Positions 32,358 to 40,716 of a stretch of DNA of 64,000 bases are shown one piece after another. The position numbers were made by a program, and so were the translations under genes. Source of the stretch: a virus; IMG/VR virus record IMGVR_UViG_3300012000_000001, positions 64,001 to 128,000 of that record. The stretch is one strand, 5' to 3'. The notes below the pieces were generated by a model. That model searched no databases. It had not been told where the DNA came from and saw only the letters and a list, made by a program, of their open reading frames with translations. Positions within the stretch are counted from its first letter, which is position 1, and each line of letters begins with the position of its first letter.

Positions 32358-33090
32358 AGTTTAGTATTTCTTTCAAAAAGCGACCATATGTAATAGTATC
32401 TGACTGAGTTATATTGTCTATAGACTTTTTTTGATAAACATTTTGAGCAATATCTTCTATGGTTATGGGTATACATCCACAAGCAATTGCTTCTGTCCTA
32501 TAGTTGAGCCCTATATCTAAATTAATATCTAGATAATATTTATGATTTTGTAGCAATGCTGCCTTATCTGGCTCTGTTACCATACCCAAGTTCTGATAAT
32601 GCTTAATACTAGGACAATTAAACATTTTAATAGGTATGTTGGTTTTTGGATATAGCAAATCAGACATGCTATTAATAATACTTGATAAACCTTCCATGAA
32701 ACATACTATACCATCGGTTCTATTGGTATTGTCTTTGTTATAAAACAGCTGATCATTGATGAGATACGGAGGTATGATAATATCTGTATCGGCGTATCCT
32801 ATAGTTTTAATATTGCTATCATGAATAGCATTTTGCAAACTTGATAAAGCATTATGGTTTAGAACAAAAAAGTATATTTTGGTGGTACCAGAGTAGTCCT
32901 GACAAAACTGTACAATTTCATTAGATATTCCATTGGCAGCAAATATACAATAGTCGGGCTTGTGTCTAAAAAAGGTTTGATACAGATTGTTATCTATTGC
33001 TATATCAATAATTCTTATTTTCTCTGATGATATAGACGAACAGTTCTGTAAAAACTTACCAGGACCCTGTTGTATAAGAAGAGATTTCAT
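32350..33090 (-). CDS. Divergent GT-B glycosyltransferase-like protein
   Basis: DKAALLQNHKYYL...YRTEAIACGCIPI retains the EAxxCG motif. Confidence 0.55.
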   Translation of the reverse strand: MKSLLIQQGPGKFLQNCSSISSEKIRIIDIAIDNNLYQTFFRHKPDYCIFAANGISNEIVQFCQDYSGTTKIYFFVLNHNALSSLQNAIHDSNIKTIGYADTDIIIPPYLINDQLFYNKDNTNRTDGIVCFMEGLSSIINSMSDLLYPKTNIPIKMFNCPSIKHYQNLGMVTEPDKAALLQNHKYYLDINLDIGLNYRTEAIACGCIPITIEDIAQNVYQKKSIDNITQSDTITYGRFLKEILNYE

Positions 33091-33758
33091 ATAAATGTTT
33101 TAGCCTTTGGCAAATCCTTAATAGTATTAATTTTCATAACTTTAGTTTTATTTATATAGTGCTTATCAATAATTATATTATTAGCAATCATTTGATTTAA
33201 TAATTCAAACAAATACATTTGACCAATATTTTTTTGTTGTATAATATCATGCAATCCTAGAACAGCTTCGCCATCCAAATACACACATTCGGCCCACGGC
33301 TCAGGCAAATCATAAAAAATGTATTCTGTAGATTTATTAGTGGTAACACATCCTAGATTAAAGTTTTCTTTAGTTTTGTCAAGAAGAAATAATTTGGACT
33401 TACCAGACAACAGGTTTCTTGTAAGTGCATTGTTTTTTAATAAAATGCCATTATTAATAATTAATAAATTTTTTGGAGAATGATCTTGCAAATATAATCT
33501 AATTGATTCTGCTTGATTAGTATCTTTATACATGGGGTTAAAACTATACCCCACGTTCAAAGAATCTAGCATATCATGTATACGATCAGCCTCAAATCCT
33601 GTTGCGACCGTTATGTGTGTTTTAAGATCCAGACTTTTTATAGTATGTATCTGATATTCTAATACCTTGGTATGCTTTTTAATTTCTAATAGGGCTTTGG
33701 AACCTATAGACTTCATACCCTTAGTAATTTCTGGTACTAAAATCAAAACATTCAGCAT
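33087..33758 (-). CDS. Divergent sugar/choline-phosphate nucleotidyltransferase-like protein (LicC/MobA-like fold)
   Basis: LILVPEITKGMKSIGSKALLEI...VLEYQI...ITVATGFEADRI...N.MYKDTNQAESIRL. Confidence 0.65.
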   Translation of the reverse strand: MLNVLILVPEITKGMKSIGSKALLEIKKHTKVLEYQIHTIKSLDLKTHITVATGFEADRIHDMLDSLNVGYSFNPMYKDTNQAESIRLYLQDHSPKNLLIINNGILLKNNALTRNLLSGKSKLFLLDKTKENFNLGCVTTNKSTEYIFYDLPEPWAECVYLDGEAVLGLHDIIQQKNIGQMYLFELLNQMIANNIIIDKHYINKTKVMKINTIKDLPKAKTFI

Positions 33759-33761
33759 TTG

Positions 33762-34178
33762 TTAAACAATTATTCTTTCGATGGTTATGGTAATATTATA
33801 TTTATTATAGTTAACATTCATTAATTTAAATGTATTAATATCAATTAAAGATAATACATCTTCTGGTATAATAATGTTGCTTTTGCCTCGTAGCGCATCA
33901 AAGATTTGTGATGATGGTAGTTTAGAATTACTAAAATCTTCGAATAATTTTTTGAAATTAGTAAAACTGACCACCATTTGACCACTTGGTTTTAATTTGG
34001 CTAAACTATTAGCAATAATATCTCGCAAATTTTCCTTATCTAGATATTCTAAACAAGAGCACAAAATATTATCTGCTGAATGATTAACGATCTGATCTAT
34101 ATTATTATAGATGGTTTTTTGATATCCCGCCACACTGGAGAGTGGCTCTGATACACTGACTATGTGATAATTTCTCAT
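33762..34178 (-). CDS. Truncated class I methyltransferase-like protein
   Basis: ADNILCSCLEYL...LAKLKPSGQMVV matches the C-terminal part of class I MTases; no glycine-rich motif I. Confidence 0.5.
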   Translation of the reverse strand: MRNYHIVSVSEPLSSVAGYQKTIYNNIDQIVNHSADNILCSCLEYLDKENLRDIIANSLAKLKPSGQMVVSFTNFKKLFEDFSNSKLPSSQIFDALRGKSNIIIPEDVLSLIDINTFKLMNVNYNKYNITITIERIIV

Positions 34179-35050
34179 GCAGTAAAAAACTCCTCAAATT
34201 TAATTTTATTTAATAGATTACTTATACTATTGGTAAACTGATCAAAATTATGGTTTGTCTTAATCCATGATTGGTTTTTGTTAATATCTTCTAAACTTAA
34301 TGAATCATTAATAATTGAGCTTAATACATTATTAATATTTCCATAATCAAATAACTGTGTTATACCAGTTAAATTTTCTGATTGGGCCGTTGAGGTTACT
34401 GTTTTGCAGCCCAGGTATTGGGCTATTAGAATATGAAGATGATTATAAATGTCAATTACCACTTGATATTTAGACATTATTTCGTATAGTCTATCAATAG
34501 ACTGTATATTCTGTAGGCTATCTATTATTTGAGCAGTGGGTATGGACGTTTTAATGTGTTGATATAAACCATTAATATCTGTAGTACCATTTAGATTCAT
34601 TACTAGCACAGATTCGGTTTTTGGTACATTCTCAAATTCAGACCTAACCGGGATACCGTATGGGATAATAAAAGAACGCTGGTCGCTAAAACCCCAAGCG
34701 TTTTTGGTAACCTCGTCAGTAAATATTTTGTATGTATTAGATAATTGATTTCTGACTAGTGCTATGTCTTCTTTTTTAAATTTTAATGGAGGGTTGGCAT
34801 GAAACCATAACAGATCTAATAGGTGGGCATTTGCGACCAATGATTTAGTATTCTGTGTATGTTCAAAAAAATTATTGCTCCAAAATAAATCATAATAGTA
34901 ATGTTGGTATTGATTGCCCATATCATACAAACTATGTTCAGTAAGCCTAACTAATAAGTCAAAAACATGATTAGTTGGAGCATATAAGACATTGGTTCGA
35001 CTGTCTATATTTTTGTATGCTATGTTATATATTGTATTTAGAGTAGACAT
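34175..35050 (-). CDS. Divergent GT-B glycosyltransferase-like protein
   Basis: SFIIPYGIP..EF, DRLYEIMSKYQVVI...LIAQYLGCKTVT (eroded GT4 C-lobe). Confidence 0.55.
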   Translation of the reverse strand: MSTLNTIYNIAYKNIDSRTNVLYAPTNHVFDLLVRLTEHSLYDMGNQYQHYYYDLFWSNNFFEHTQNTKSLVANAHLLDLLWFHANPPLKFKKEDIALVRNQLSNTYKIFTDEVTKNAWGFSDQRSFIIPYGIPVRSEFENVPKTESVLVMNLNGTTDINGLYQHIKTSIPTAQIIDSLQNIQSIDRLYEIMSKYQVVIDIYNHLHILIAQYLGCKTVTSTAQSENLTGITQLFDYGNINNVLSSIINDSLSLEDINKNQSWIKTNHNFDQFTNSISNLLNKIKFEEFFTA

Positions 35051-36054
35051 CAGATATACTTATTAATATGTTGTGTTTTAAATAATGAGATTTGATTGGA
35101 AGTATTTTTAGAAACTATATATGCTTTTATAGCAGAGTTTATGCTTTCAGAAGATATTTTTAATGATCCATTATAGCTAATATAATTAGCGTGATTGGTT
35201 AGATTAAAATGATAATCTGTATTAATTTTTAGTATTGAATTGTTGAGACTAGAAGCTAGTTTGGTATTAATGCTATTAGAACCATAGTCTATTGCGTCTA
35301 TATAAGTATTAGCTGATTTATGTGCAATACAGATATTATTTAAATCAGAAGATATAGGCGCTATAATCACTCTACTAAGTGTATGGTTTATACCCATTGC
35401 CTTATAGGCATCTTGAATAAATTTTTCTAATTCTGACTTTTCATTTGCTGTTATATCTAGAGTAAATAATATCAACACCATGTCTTTAGATTTTAGATTA
35501 GCGATAAACGCAACTATAATATCATAAATGACTCTGGCATTTAATTTATAGTTACATACCATGTAGAGCTTAGTATTGCTATTGCCGAACAAACCAATAT
35601 TAAAAGAAGTAGCTGGTGATGCTGTTACAGAAAATGTGTAGTCTATATTCTTGATGTTTTTTTGTAAAAATGGATATGCCTGAGAAAGCCTGACGGCATC
35701 ACTCTTATTGTCGATTAATATAGTTGAAAATTTAGATAAGTTTTGTGCTTCAGTTTGATCTATTAGATCTGGACTCATAATAGGGATCAAGATATTATTT
35801 TGTACGGCGTTTATGGGTCTCGCTTGTTCTAATGGAACATGCTGAATTACCGTATCTAATTTGTCTATTTGATTTTTTTCTTTAGTACTTAGTACATTAT
35901 CAATAGCGTCTATAGCGTATTTACTATCAATAAACAATGGTCTAAGCTGAACATTATTTGATGATCCACTAATTATATTATGGGCTAAAGCCCTAGACCA
36001 TATGCCGTTCAGATCTCTTTGTCTATATGGTCCTATATATAGAATATTTTTCAT
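35050..36054 (-). CDS. Divergent GT-B glycosyltransferase-like protein
   Basis: ILYIGPY...GIWSRAL N-terminus; IIVAFIANLKSKDMVLIL and IAHKSANTYI in GT4-like positions; EGFG motif lost. Confidence 0.55.
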   Translation of the reverse strand: MKNILYIGPYRQRDLNGIWSRALAHNIISGSSNNVQLRPLFIDSKYAIDAIDNVLSTKEKNQIDKLDTVIQHVPLEQARPINAVQNNILIPIMSPDLIDQTEAQNLSKFSTILIDNKSDAVRLSQAYPFLQKNIKNIDYTFSVTASPATSFNIGLFGNSNTKLYMVCNYKLNARVIYDIIVAFIANLKSKDMVLILFTLDITANEKSELEKFIQDAYKAMGINHTLSRVIIAPISSDLNNICIAHKSANTYIDAIDYGSNSINTKLASSLNNSILKINTDYHFNLTNHANYISYNGSLKISSESINSAIKAYIVSKNTSNQISLFKTQHINKYI

Positions 36055-37721
36055 TATGTATTACTTTTTAAGTGAGCATATTGTATAAAGTCTTCATCAA
36101 ACTTAGTATTATTTATTTTTACATTATGTGCTTGGTTATTATTGTCGATTAGAGTATTAATATAGTCTAGTACTCCATTAAAATCAAACGCGGCCATAGA
36201 CATAGCACTACTTTGAACAAAGCCGTAATCGGCGTTGTTTAATAATTCTAGCATTTTGTGAGATCCTATGATTCCAGGATCTTTAAAATTATTATTACAA
36301 ATCGCTATTAGCTGATCAAAATATTCTTGTGGCTGTACGTTGGTTTGTGGTTTGACATTTACTTGATATTCTCCATCATTCCAGTCGGCTCTGTAGCTCT
36401 TGGCATTCAAAGAATCTAGATATTGTTCCCATTTTTTAGCAATAATATCCCAATTATAATACTGATGTGCTAATCCTTGTATTTCATGCCTAAGACTTTC
36501 TCTGGTTGGTGCTGGTTTGTTAATAAAGTCTAGAATATAGTTACTAAGGTCTTCATTATCTGGATAGGCTCTTAGGGCCTTAGTTTCTAGTTCCTTAAAT
36601 AATGTACGAACCTTAATTGGATATGCTTTAAGTTTTTTAACTATGTCGCACATTGCACTATAATTAACTGTAGCAATGGGCACTCCGCAAGCCCCTGCTT
36701 CGACTTGTGGCATCCCAAAGCCTTCGCATATTGAATATTGTATGTATAAATCAAATATGTTATAGATGCTGCTTAGTGTTTCTGGTGTAACGCCGTCAGT
36801 AACTGACGGGAATGTCATTGTTTTGCTCATGCATCTCTTGCATACTTTTTGAGCACCGCTAAAAACAGAACATTCAGTCACTTTGCAACTTTTGCAAATA
36901 TACGTAAAAAGTACCTTATTGGCCACTCTATACTGTCTTAGTAGCTCAGGAATATCCCAACCCATATCAGGGTAGCTGGTGTGTAAATAAAGATATAGGT
37001 TATGTCCTATGGGACTATTGTCTGATTGTAGTTTATCTAACGTTTTTCTAAAAACACTAAATAATTCTGGTATAAGCTTTCGTTTTTGGTTCCTCATAAC
37101 AGAACCAATAATAATGGAGTCTTGAGATAAGCCTAGTTGTTGTTTAACTTCGGCACGGTTTTTAATTTTAAATACATTAATATCCACACCGGGAGATGCT
37201 GTATCTATATAGTTGATTTTATTAGATGACTGCTCTTTTAATACCTCTGCGCCCCAGTCAGAATAAGTAAAAATTGCATCCGCACCTAAAAAAGTATCTA
37301 TCCATTCTTCTTGTTGAGGAGAGGAATCGACCGTTGGCATCAATATCCAATGGAAAAATTTTCGTAGTGGAGACATTGCTTGATAGGCACTCATCCAGTA
37401 GTCTCTAACATCAATGACAACATCTGGCTTAAAGTCTAATAAAACTTTCTCAAATCTCCAGCGACCAAATTGATTGTCTACCCTCGACATATACTCTTTA
37501 TGTCTTGGGTCGGTATCTCTCACCGCATTGGCGTAATATTTCCAATGAATAGAAGAATCTCTAGGATCATTGACAAATCCATATGAAGCAAATTCTGCTA
37601 TTTCATACTTATTTGTTTTGTGCAGCCTAGAGAGTAGCTCTTTCGCATAAATACCGAAACCAGAATTAACAAAGCTGGCTTCTGAACACATTAAGACTTT
37701 AAGTTTGTTTTTTGTCATCAT
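36054..37721 (-). CDS. Glycosyltransferase family 4 (GT-B)
   Basis: SGFGIYAKEL, SPGVDINVF, IGSVMRNQKRK, IYNIFDLYIQYSICEGFGMPQVEAGACG. Confidence 0.9.
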   Translation of the reverse strand: MMTKNKLKVLMCSEASFVNSGFGIYAKELLSRLHKTNKYEIAEFASYGFVNDPRDSSIHWKYYANAVRDTDPRHKEYMSRVDNQFGRWRFEKVLLDFKPDVVIDVRDYWMSAYQAMSPLRKFFHWILMPTVDSSPQQEEWIDTFLGADAIFTYSDWGAEVLKEQSSNKINYIDTASPGVDINVFKIKNRAEVKQQLGLSQDSIIIGSVMRNQKRKLIPELFSVFRKTLDKLQSDNSPIGHNLYLYLHTSYPDMGWDIPELLRQYRVANKVLFTYICKSCKVTECSVFSGAQKVCKRCMSKTMTFPSVTDGVTPETLSSIYNIFDLYIQYSICEGFGMPQVEAGACGVPIATVNYSAMCDIVKKLKAYPIKVRTLFKELETKALRAYPDNEDLSNYILDFINKPAPTRESLRHEIQGLAHQYYNWDIIAKKWEQYLDSLNAKSYRADWNDGEYQVNVKPQTNVQPQEYFDQLIAICNNNFKDPGIIGSHKMLELLNNADYGFVQSSAMSMAAFDFNGVLDYINTLIDNNNQAHNVKINNTKFDEDFIQYAHLKSNT

Positions 37722-37724
37722 AAG

Positions 37725-37759
37725 AATACGGGGGTCCGCTATTCACAGACCCCCGCATT
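37725..37759 (-). terminator. GC-rich hairpin after ssb, probable intrinsic terminator/attenuator
   Basis: Minus strand AAUGCGGGGGUCUG-UGAAUAG-CGGACCCCCGUAUU: 14-bp stem with two G-U pairs, followed by a short U-rich tail. Confidence 0.7.
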
Positions 37760-37780
37760 TGTCCTAAATTCCTATCAGAA

Positions 37781-38152
37781 TTAAAATGCTACAGGCTCAG
37801 ATGATTCCTGCTTACTGTTCTTGGTAAGGCGGGTAATCTTAGAGAAGTTATTAACCCTAACCTTAAGACTACTATGCTTAACGCCATCCTTTTCCCATGT
37901 GTCATTACGTAATGATCCTTCGACCATTACTAGATCGCCCTTCTTAAAAGATTCAGCGATCATCTCGGCGCCACTATCCCAAGCCTCACAATTAATAAAG
38001 GATGTAATCTTATCCTTGTCTCCACTGGCCTTGGTATACTCGCGTGATACCGCTACAGTAAAATTGACAACAGATGTTTGCTTGCCTCCAGTATTCACAA
38101 CCCTTAGTTCTGGATCACGAGCAAGATTACCCCTTAGCAATGTTATATTCAT
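37781..38152 (-). CDS. ssb: Single-stranded DNA-binding protein
   Basis: MNITLLRGNLARDPELR...FTVAVSR...FINCEAW...KGDLVMVEGSLRNDTWEKDG, C-terminal ..PVAF; AAGGAG RBS before ATG 38152. Confidence 0.95.
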   Translation of the reverse strand: MNITLLRGNLARDPELRVVNTGGKQTSVVNFTVAVSREYTKASGDKDKITSFINCEAWDSGAEMIAESFKKGDLVMVEGSLRNDTWEKDGVKHSSLKVRVNNFSKITRLTKNSKQESSEPVAF

Positions 38153-38192
38153 TTCAAACTCCTTGGTAAAAAAGAAACCACGCAACTATTAC

Positions 38193-38220
38193 ATTATAGT
38201 GAAGAGCCCCTTTCTGTCAA
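38193..38220 (-). promoter_or_regulatory. Sigma70-type promoter upstream of ssb
   Basis: TTGACA (38220-38215), 16 nt, TATAAT (38198-38193): exact consensus hexamers. Confidence 0.75.
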
Positions 38221-39842
38221 GCCACGGGCTCAAAACACTTTTCTACGATCAGACCATCCTTGCTTTTGCTTTTATTCCCAGAAAATACTAGAATATTTCC
38301 TAAAAATAAATATGAACGATATTTGGAGAATTGTTCTGGAAATAATACTACCGAATCTAATGTTCCATATTGATCTTCTATAGTAACAAATGCCATCTCC
38401 AACCCTGGATTTTTTCCACTCTTAGTTTTTGTCACATTAATATTACTAATTTCTCCAACCAATACAATATTTTCTTTTAATAAAGATGTTTTAAATGTTT
38501 TACAATTGCAATTGGCCATAGTAATATCATAAACATCTAATTTGGAACACGTAATACCCACACCCAAAAGCTCATTTTCTTGATCGGATAACCATTCAAT
38601 TTTATCGATTAAAGAATATGGTGGATGCTCTAGTGATTTGATATAATTAGATACTGTTTCTTTACGGCCACGAATTAGTTTGGTCTCAACAAACAGCCTT
38701 TGCATAATTTCTTTTACACTGCTACCAATCATTGTTTTAGCATATACATTAAATACTGTTTGTTCTTTCTTTGTTAGGCCGGAACAAATATCGTATTCAA
38801 ATAACATTTCTGATCTATTCTTTTTATAGTAATCAAATGCACCACAGCTAATCAATGCCTTGGCGGCGACAGAATTAATATTCATTAGTATGGTGCCTAT
38901 CATTTCTGGCCAAGATACTTCTGATATATTAACGTTTTTTGTTAGTTGTAAAATTTTAGTATATACAGATTTGCCAACTCCCTTTATATCAGTCAGGCCA
39001 AAGTATATTTTTTTATCTTTTAATACAAAAAACTCATTGGTATTTCTAAAATCAGGAATATGAACTTCTATGTCCATTTCCATCGCATTTCTAACTAATT
39101 CTTTAATTTCTTGTTGTGGATCGATTTTGTCTTTAGCAAACCTTAAATATGATGCGAAGAAAACTTTTGGGAAATGTGCCTTGGCATATGCCGACAAATA
39201 TGCATTCATTGCATAACTGATAGAATGACTAGCATTAAATAAATATCTTTGAGATTTTTCAATCCATTCAAAGATTTGTGCGGCCTCTGCTTCTGATAGT
39301 TTTCCTGTTTTTTTAGCTCCTTCTATAAATTGTTTGCGTACCTTTGCCATCTTGTCAGCCTGTTTTTTTCCAATCGCTTTTCTTAAGTCATCCGCTTCTT
39401 TAAGATTAAAACCAGCTAACTCTTTAGCGATAGACATAGCTTGTTCTTGGTAAATCATTTCAGAATAAGTGTCTTTTAAAATTGGTTCTAATGCCGGATG
39501 AAAATAATCAATAGACTCTAAACCATTTTTCTTATCTATATAATGACTACTTACGCTCTTACCGTCACGATGAGCCTCTAGACACCCCGGCCTTAAAATA
39601 CTAATAAGCCCAGATAGCTGTTCAATATTTTGAGGCTTCAATTTTCTGGCCATGGTTTGACCAAGCCTTGATTCTAATTGAAAGCACCCCTTGGTATTTC
39701 CAGCAGAAATAAGCTCCCATGTTTTATAACAATCAAGACTAATATCAGATAACTTAGGAGAAAATTTAATTTTAGGAAATTCTCCACTTTTGTCCAACAC
39801 TTCAAACTTACAACCGCAATCAAATACAAAAAAGTCTGACAT
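38217..39842 (-). CDS. dnaE: DNA polymerase III alpha subunit, C-terminal half (fingers, HhH, OB fold)
   Basis: GCFQLES, LISILRPG, IYQEQAM, DDLRKAIGKK, FNASHSISYA, GLTDIKGVG, MAFVTIEDQYG. Confidence 0.93.
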   Translation of the reverse strand: MSDFFVFDCGCKFEVLDKSGEFPKIKFSPKLSDISLDCYKTWELISAGNTKGCFQLESRLGQTMARKLKPQNIEQLSGLISILRPGCLEAHRDGKSVSSHYIDKKNGLESIDYFHPALEPILKDTYSEMIYQEQAMSIAKELAGFNLKEADDLRKAIGKKQADKMAKVRKQFIEGAKKTGKLSEAEAAQIFEWIEKSQRYLFNASHSISYAMNAYLSAYAKAHFPKVFFASYLRFAKDKIDPQQEIKELVRNAMEMDIEVHIPDFRNTNEFFVLKDKKIYFGLTDIKGVGKSVYTKILQLTKNVNISEVSWPEMIGTILMNINSVAAKALISCGAFDYYKKNRSEMLFEYDICSGLTKKEQTVFNVYAKTMIGSSVKEIMQRLFVETKLIRGRKETVSNYIKSLEHPPYSLIDKIEWLSDQENELLGVGITCSKLDVYDITMANCNCKTFKTSLLKENIVLVGEISNINVTKTKSGKNPGLEMAFVTIEDQYGTLDSVVLFPEQFSKYRSYLFLGNILVFSGNKSKSKDGLIVEKCFEPVA

Positions 39843-39843
39843 A

Positions 39844-40542
39844 TTATCTAATACTAAAAGCTGATTTAAACTTTACCTTTGTCGCTATATTTCTATGTAA
39901 TCTTAAAAATCTAATAAGAATATCCGCCGTATCTCTAACATCTTTTAGAGCATCATGAGCGCCTTCTTTATCTATGCCTAAATAGTCTCTCAGGTTATCG
40001 AGTGTATAATTTTTGAGTTCATTATTTCCTTCAAACCAGTAAAATACCAAATTCATTAAATCTATAACATCTCTTGGATAAAATATATCCGACCTACCCT
40101 CTTTGTTAAGATTATCATATTTTTTACTTAGTCTCTCAATAATCCGAAGATCGAATCTGTTTATATTATAACCAGCTGCAATCGGTGCCGTAAAGCATGA
40201 TTTTTTGCCGGTTGAGCGAGAATGATACATATTCAGGTATGATATGAATAACTTCCAGCCATTTTCTTGTTTTTGATAAGATTTCCAGTCACAAAGAATT
40301 TCTTCTTTGGGCTTTGATCTGACCTTGGCATGAAAATCTAGCACATCAGAATCTGCATATGCATATTCAATATTATTCTCTAGCGCTTCTGGTTTAACAG
40401 TTATATTAAATTCAGAGTCTGGAATAATCTCTAATCGATACGGATCAATCATTAGAGCAGCAATCTGAACGGGGCTACAAAGATCCGGATTAGCCCCGTC
40501 CGTTTCTAAGTCAAATACACAAATTTTTTGTAGATTAGCCAT
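39844..40542 (-). CDS. DEDDh 3'-5' exonuclease (DnaQ-like)
   Basis: VFDLETDG (ExoI), AGYNINRFDL (ExoII), HDALKDV (ExoIII). Confidence 0.92.
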   Translation of the reverse strand: MANLQKICVFDLETDGANPDLCSPVQIAALMIDPYRLEIIPDSEFNITVKPEALENNIEYAYADSDVLDFHAKVRSKPKEEILCDWKSYQKQENGWKLFISYLNMYHSRSTGKKSCFTAPIAAGYNINRFDLRIIERLSKKYDNLNKEGRSDIFYPRDVIDLMNLVFYWFEGNNELKNYTLDNLRDYLGIDKEGAHDALKDVRDTADILIRFLRLHRNIATKVKFKSAFSIR

Positions 40543-40714
40543 TCACCACTACTACTGTTGAACCTGGAAAAAATGCCTTTTGGTTAGTGTCTGATGCTAC
40601 CTGACAATTAATTGACCTACAGCAACTAACTCTAACCTCTTCTGTTTTAACGTACTCAACACCGTTGACTGTAAACTGTGTGCCAACGGCAACCTCTTCA
40701 AATTTCTTTTCCAT
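40535..40714 (-). CDS. 59-aa microprotein with CC..C motif (not in ORF track)
   Basis: Hand translation: MEKKFEEVAVGTQFTVNGVEYVKTEEVRVSCCRSINCQVASDTNQKAFFPGSTVVVVNG*. It fills the dnaE-N/exonuclease gap exactly. Confidence 0.75.
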   Translation of the reverse strand: MEKKFEEVAVGTQFTVNGVEYVKTEEVRVSCCRSINCQVASDTNQKAFFPGSTVVVVNG

Positions 40715-40716
40715 AA

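Noticed and set aside
37821-38291. 156-aa + strand ORF opposite ssb, and other short nested ORFs in the track
   Set aside because: They lie antisense to or inside well-supported genes and have no motifs.
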